Part shown: positions 33,517-35,923 of the stretch, piece after piece
Layout: each line of letters begins with the position of its first letter
Numbering within the stretch: the stretch's first letter is position 1
IMG/VR virus record: IMGVR_UViG_3300037608_000265
Location: 1-35,923 of that record
DNA length: 35,923 nt
Direction: 5' to 3' (one strand)
DNA from: a virus
Taxonomy: Duplodnaviria; Caudoviricetes
The notes under the pieces: generated by a model
What the model was told of the DNA's origin: nothing
Seen by the model: only the letters and a program-made list of their open reading frames with translations
The model's database searches: none
Translations under genes and position numbers: made by a program

Positions 33517-35118
33517 TTGAACGGCAGCCAGGGTGATGCCGAAGTACATGACGCACCCGTTCGATTTGTCCTTTTCGTACTTTTGGGAGAGCTGCTTGCC
33601 GAACCAGGTGCCGCTCGGTTCGTTCTTCCCGATGTTGTCGTGGTACCATTCCACGAAACGGGCATAGAGCAGCGACGATTTCCCCCGCGCGCCAGGCTCC
33701 CGGACACAGCATTCATCGATGAAATCTGCCAGGAGGTCCTCGTTCCGCCGGTATTGTTCCGTTGCCTCCCGGACTTCCTTGGGCGGATTCAACCCGTGTT
33801 TCTGCCAGAGCAGGCAGCCGCGCACGAGCCAGGACAGGATGCCCGAGGACTCTTTCAGGATCTGCCGATCAAGATCCAAGATGGCCCGCCGCTCGTGGTT
33901 CTCCTGGGGATCCCGGTTGACAAAAGAAATCGTGAAGGGTATCAGATGCAACCGCTCCCAGAAGGCCTTGTCTCCTGGCGGGGCCTGCGGCTGGGTATTC
34001 GTCATCAGGAATAGTTTGTGGGTCGGACTGAACCGGGTCGGATATTTGTCATGCGGGCTGCGGCCGACCAACTCGTCCTTGCCCGTCAACCACTTGATCT
34101 TTGACGCGCTGAACCGCTGCCCCTCGTCGATCTCCGAGGCAAAGGCCAAGCGGATCCCCTTTAGGCTTATGATGTCCGGAGACGGACCGGCCGCGCTCTT
34201 GGAATACTTCTGACTGAGGAGCATTTCCGCCGGGATCGAGCCAGCGAGGGCGCCCATGACATGACTTATTGTTTCGACAATCAAGCTCCGGCCGTTCCAA
34301 CCGGTCCGTCCGTAAAGCACGGGGAAGACCTTTTCCTTGACCAGGCCGGTGATGGCATAACCAAAGAGGCGCTGCAGGTAGGAAACCAGGTCCTCATTCC
34401 CGTTGAAAATCTCCAGGATCGACTTCTCCCAAAGCGGCGCCGGAGTATCGATGCCCATGAAATCGATCGGACTGGCCAGGGACAGGAAATCATTCGGCCG
34501 GCCTGTCTTTATCTTTCCCGTTTCCAGGTCAATGACTCCGTTCCCGCAGGGAAAAAGCCAGGGCTTTCCGTCGAATTCCTCTCCGGTGATGGCAATGGGA
34601 TCTTCGATTGTATGGGCAAACTTGAGGCAAGCCGTCCGGCGCTTGTCGGCGCGGAGCTGGCTGACCCTCTTCAGGAGGGCGCTCTGTTTTGCCGTGAGCT
34701 TCTTCATTTTCGCGGCGGTCTCGTCGGATCCTTCAGCTGCCGCCAGATCCACGATCGATTTCGAGACGGACTTGTACTCGGTCAGGTAGTGCTCAACGAT
34801 CTTTTCCACCGCGGCCAGGGACCTGTTCATTATGTCGCGCTGCCAGCAATGACCGGTCCAGGAAAACCACTCCTGGGTGTTCTTGCAGTAGAGGAATTCG
34901 TCGCGGAAGGTGGTCGCGTAGAGAACGCCGTCGCCCAGCTCGTTTGCGAACAGGCAATCGTTGATCAGCTTGGACGTGATTTTTGATTCCTCGACATGGG
35001 AGGGGAGCGACGCGGCTTCCTGATCGATGCGCTCCTGGACCTGCCGGCGCATTTCTTCGGCATCGAGGCCGACAGAATTCAATATACCGTCGCGGGAATC
35101 ATCCGATGGTTCGGTCAT
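33499..35118 (-). CDS. P4-alpha/D5-like SF3 helicase (phage/plasmid primase P4 family C-terminal part)
   Basis: D5_N region (WFSWTGHCW, CGNGVIDLETG); Walker A YGRTGWNGRS; RLAFASE, IKWLTGKD, LMTN and WERL..IPF. Confidence 0.93.
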   Translation of the reverse strand: MTEPSDDSRDGILNSVGLDAEEMRRQVQERIDQEAASLPSHVEESKITSKLINDCLFANELGDGVLYATTFRDEFLYCKNTQEWFSWTGHCWQRDIMNRSLAAVEKIVEHYLTEYKSVSKSIVDLAAAEGSDETAAKMKKLTAKQSALLKRVSQLRADKRRTACLKFAHTIEDPIAITGEEFDGKPWLFPCGNGVIDLETGKIKTGRPNDFLSLASPIDFMGIDTPAPLWEKSILEIFNGNEDLVSYLQRLFGYAITGLVKEKVFPVLYGRTGWNGRSLIVETISHVMGALAGSIPAEMLLSQKYSKSAAGPSPDIISLKGIRLAFASEIDEGQRFSASKIKWLTGKDELVGRSPHDKYPTRFSPTHKLFLMTNTQPQAPPGDKAFWERLHLIPFTISFVNRDPQENHERRAILDLDRQILKESSGILSWLVRGCLLWQKHGLNPPKEVREATEQYRRNEDLLADFIDECCVREPGARGKSSLLYARFVEWYHDNIGKNEPSGTWFGKQLSQKYEKDKSNGCVMYFGITLAAVQGGLEG

Positions 35119-35380
35119 TTTTTATCCTTTTCCTGAGATCGTATATCCAGCGGCGTTTAACGCCGGGTGTAGCCTTGGCAATGATGGCCGGTTTGACGTT
35201 CGCTTTCAGGAGCTGCTCGACGATCTGCCTTGTCGATTTGTCCACCAGGTGACTGGACCCTGGGACGAACTGACGCCGGCACTCCTCATTCAGGCAGCGA
35301 TATTTCTGCAGGCCGGCCTTGGTCGTGCCGTATTTCTCCAGGCGATCTCCCCTGCAATCCGGACATTTCACATCAGCCAT
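35099..35380 (-). CDS. InsA-like Zn-ribbon plus HTH DNA-binding protein
   Basis: CPDC....KYG....G.QKYRC...CRRQF followed by an HTH (PAIIAKA..GVKRRWIY). Confidence 0.7.
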   Translation of the reverse strand: MADVKCPDCRGDRLEKYGTTKAGLQKYRCLNEECRRQFVPGSSHLVDKSTRQIVEQLLKANVKPAIIAKATPGVKRRWIYDLRKRIKNDRTIG

Positions 35381-35633
35381 GGGCACCCCCGTCCACCATG
35401 CGATCCGCACAAAGTCCCAAAGTCCCACGAAAATGAGACATCACCCGCACACGAATTTTGGGCTTCTGCGATCCGTATTGTAATCGACACCTTAGGGAGG
35501 ACCCACGACCATGGGGCGACGAGTGACGACAATAGATAGTTGGAATGATTCTTTTTAAGAAGGGGAGGGGGGCGCCGAGCGCGGAGGCCGCGACCTTAAC
35601 AACCAATCCAAGATACTCGCCACCTCTGATCAT
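35373..35633 (-). CDS. Hypothetical protein
   Basis: Overlap-coupled to both neighbours; no motif recognised. Confidence 0.4.
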   Translation of the reverse strand: MIRGGEYLGLVVKVAASALGAPLPFLKRIIPTIYCRHSSPHGRGSSLRCRLQYGSQKPKIRVRVMSHFRGTLGLCADRMVDGGAHG

Positions 35634-35923
35634 GACTTCCCCCTCTCATTTCTAATAGCCTTTGCCTCAGCTCTATCCTTTTGTTTCTGTCGCCTGGCCC
35701 GTTCACGCTCTCCTTGGTGACAAACGTGCTCCTGTTTTACCTTAGGGATCCTGATGCTAGAAAGCGATCCGGGCACCATGTGACCGGTCACCTTGTCCCA
35801 CTTGCAAAAGGCCGCCGATGTGACAAGCTCCGGATCCCCACAGAGCCCCTGGGCCACGTCGATGTGGTTGAGCGACTCATGAAATAGGACGGGGAAGCAG
35901 CCTTCGATCATGATGTACTTCAT
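35630..35923 (-). CDS. Hypothetical phage protein
   Basis: MKYIM...FPVLF.ESLNH.DVA......V.SAAFC; starts at the window edge. Confidence 0.55.
   Translation of the reverse strand: MKYIMIEGCFPVLFHESLNHIDVAQGLCGDPELVTSAAFCKWDKVTGHMVPGSLSSIRIPKVKQEHVCHQGERERARRQKQKDRAEAKAIRNERGKS

Larger units (their letters stand above)
1..35923 (-). mobile_element. Lambda-like temperate phage/prophage region (replication, packaging, head, tail and lysis modules)
   Basis: Co-oriented, tightly coupled minus-strand genes in lambdoid order: terminase, gpW, portal, S49, capsid, gpZ, gpU, tube, chaperones, tape measure, tip, lysis. Boundaries and att sites not identified; 1-1136 could be host DNA. Confidence 0.95.

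Noticed and set aside
33233-33712. 159-aa minus-strand ORF spanning the helicase end and origin
   Set aside because: It overlaps the helicase in another frame and runs through iteron DNA with no recognisable motif. A short 3' portion being real cannot be fully excluded.
35099-35428. IS1 insertion sequence
   Set aside because: No InsB/DDE domain, frameshift window or inverted repeats seen.
1-35923. Genome-wide TGA reassignment (genetic code 4 or 25)
   Set aside because: Many genes end in TGA with ATGA or TGATG overlaps (e.g. 4054, 15697, 18451, 24853) and core genes are intact in code 11. Only the 7409 TGA looks recoded.

Overview
The window is most of a lambda-like (siphovirus-type) temperate phage or prophage genome, about 36 kb, encoded almost entirely on the minus strand. 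In transcription order (right to left) it holds: a P4-alpha/D5-type helicase, an iteron origin and a Zn-finger/TOPRIM primase; ASCH and PnuC-like accessory genes; a ParB-DNA methyltransferase; terminase (small subunit and GpA-type large subunit); gpW, lambda-type portal, S49 protease with a nested scaffold, decoration protein and major capsid; neck and tail-completion genes; a five-gene sugar/methyl/phosphoribosyl modification cassette; tail tube, frameshifted chaperones, tape measure, tail-tip and fibre genes; and a lysis cassette. Four plus-strand accessory genes lie at the left end. No integrase, repressor, tRNA or CRISPR array is visible. All family calls come from motif recognition by eye; no database searches were run. 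Top signals: (1) a tail-tip gene split by one in-frame UGA followed by a hairpin matching the bacterial SECIS pattern, a candidate phage selenoprotein or SECIS-gated virion protein; (2) the modification cassette inside the tail operon together with Ser-Pro enrichment in several virion proteins, a candidate virion O-glycosylation system; (3) a lysis-cassette protein with an N-terminal TM helix and a C-terminal outer-membrane beta-signal, a candidate new spanin architecture; (4) a LapG/BTLCP cysteine protease domain in the tail tip; (5) a 75-nt four-way-junction element before terS and a phased G5 repeat array at the probable late promoter.
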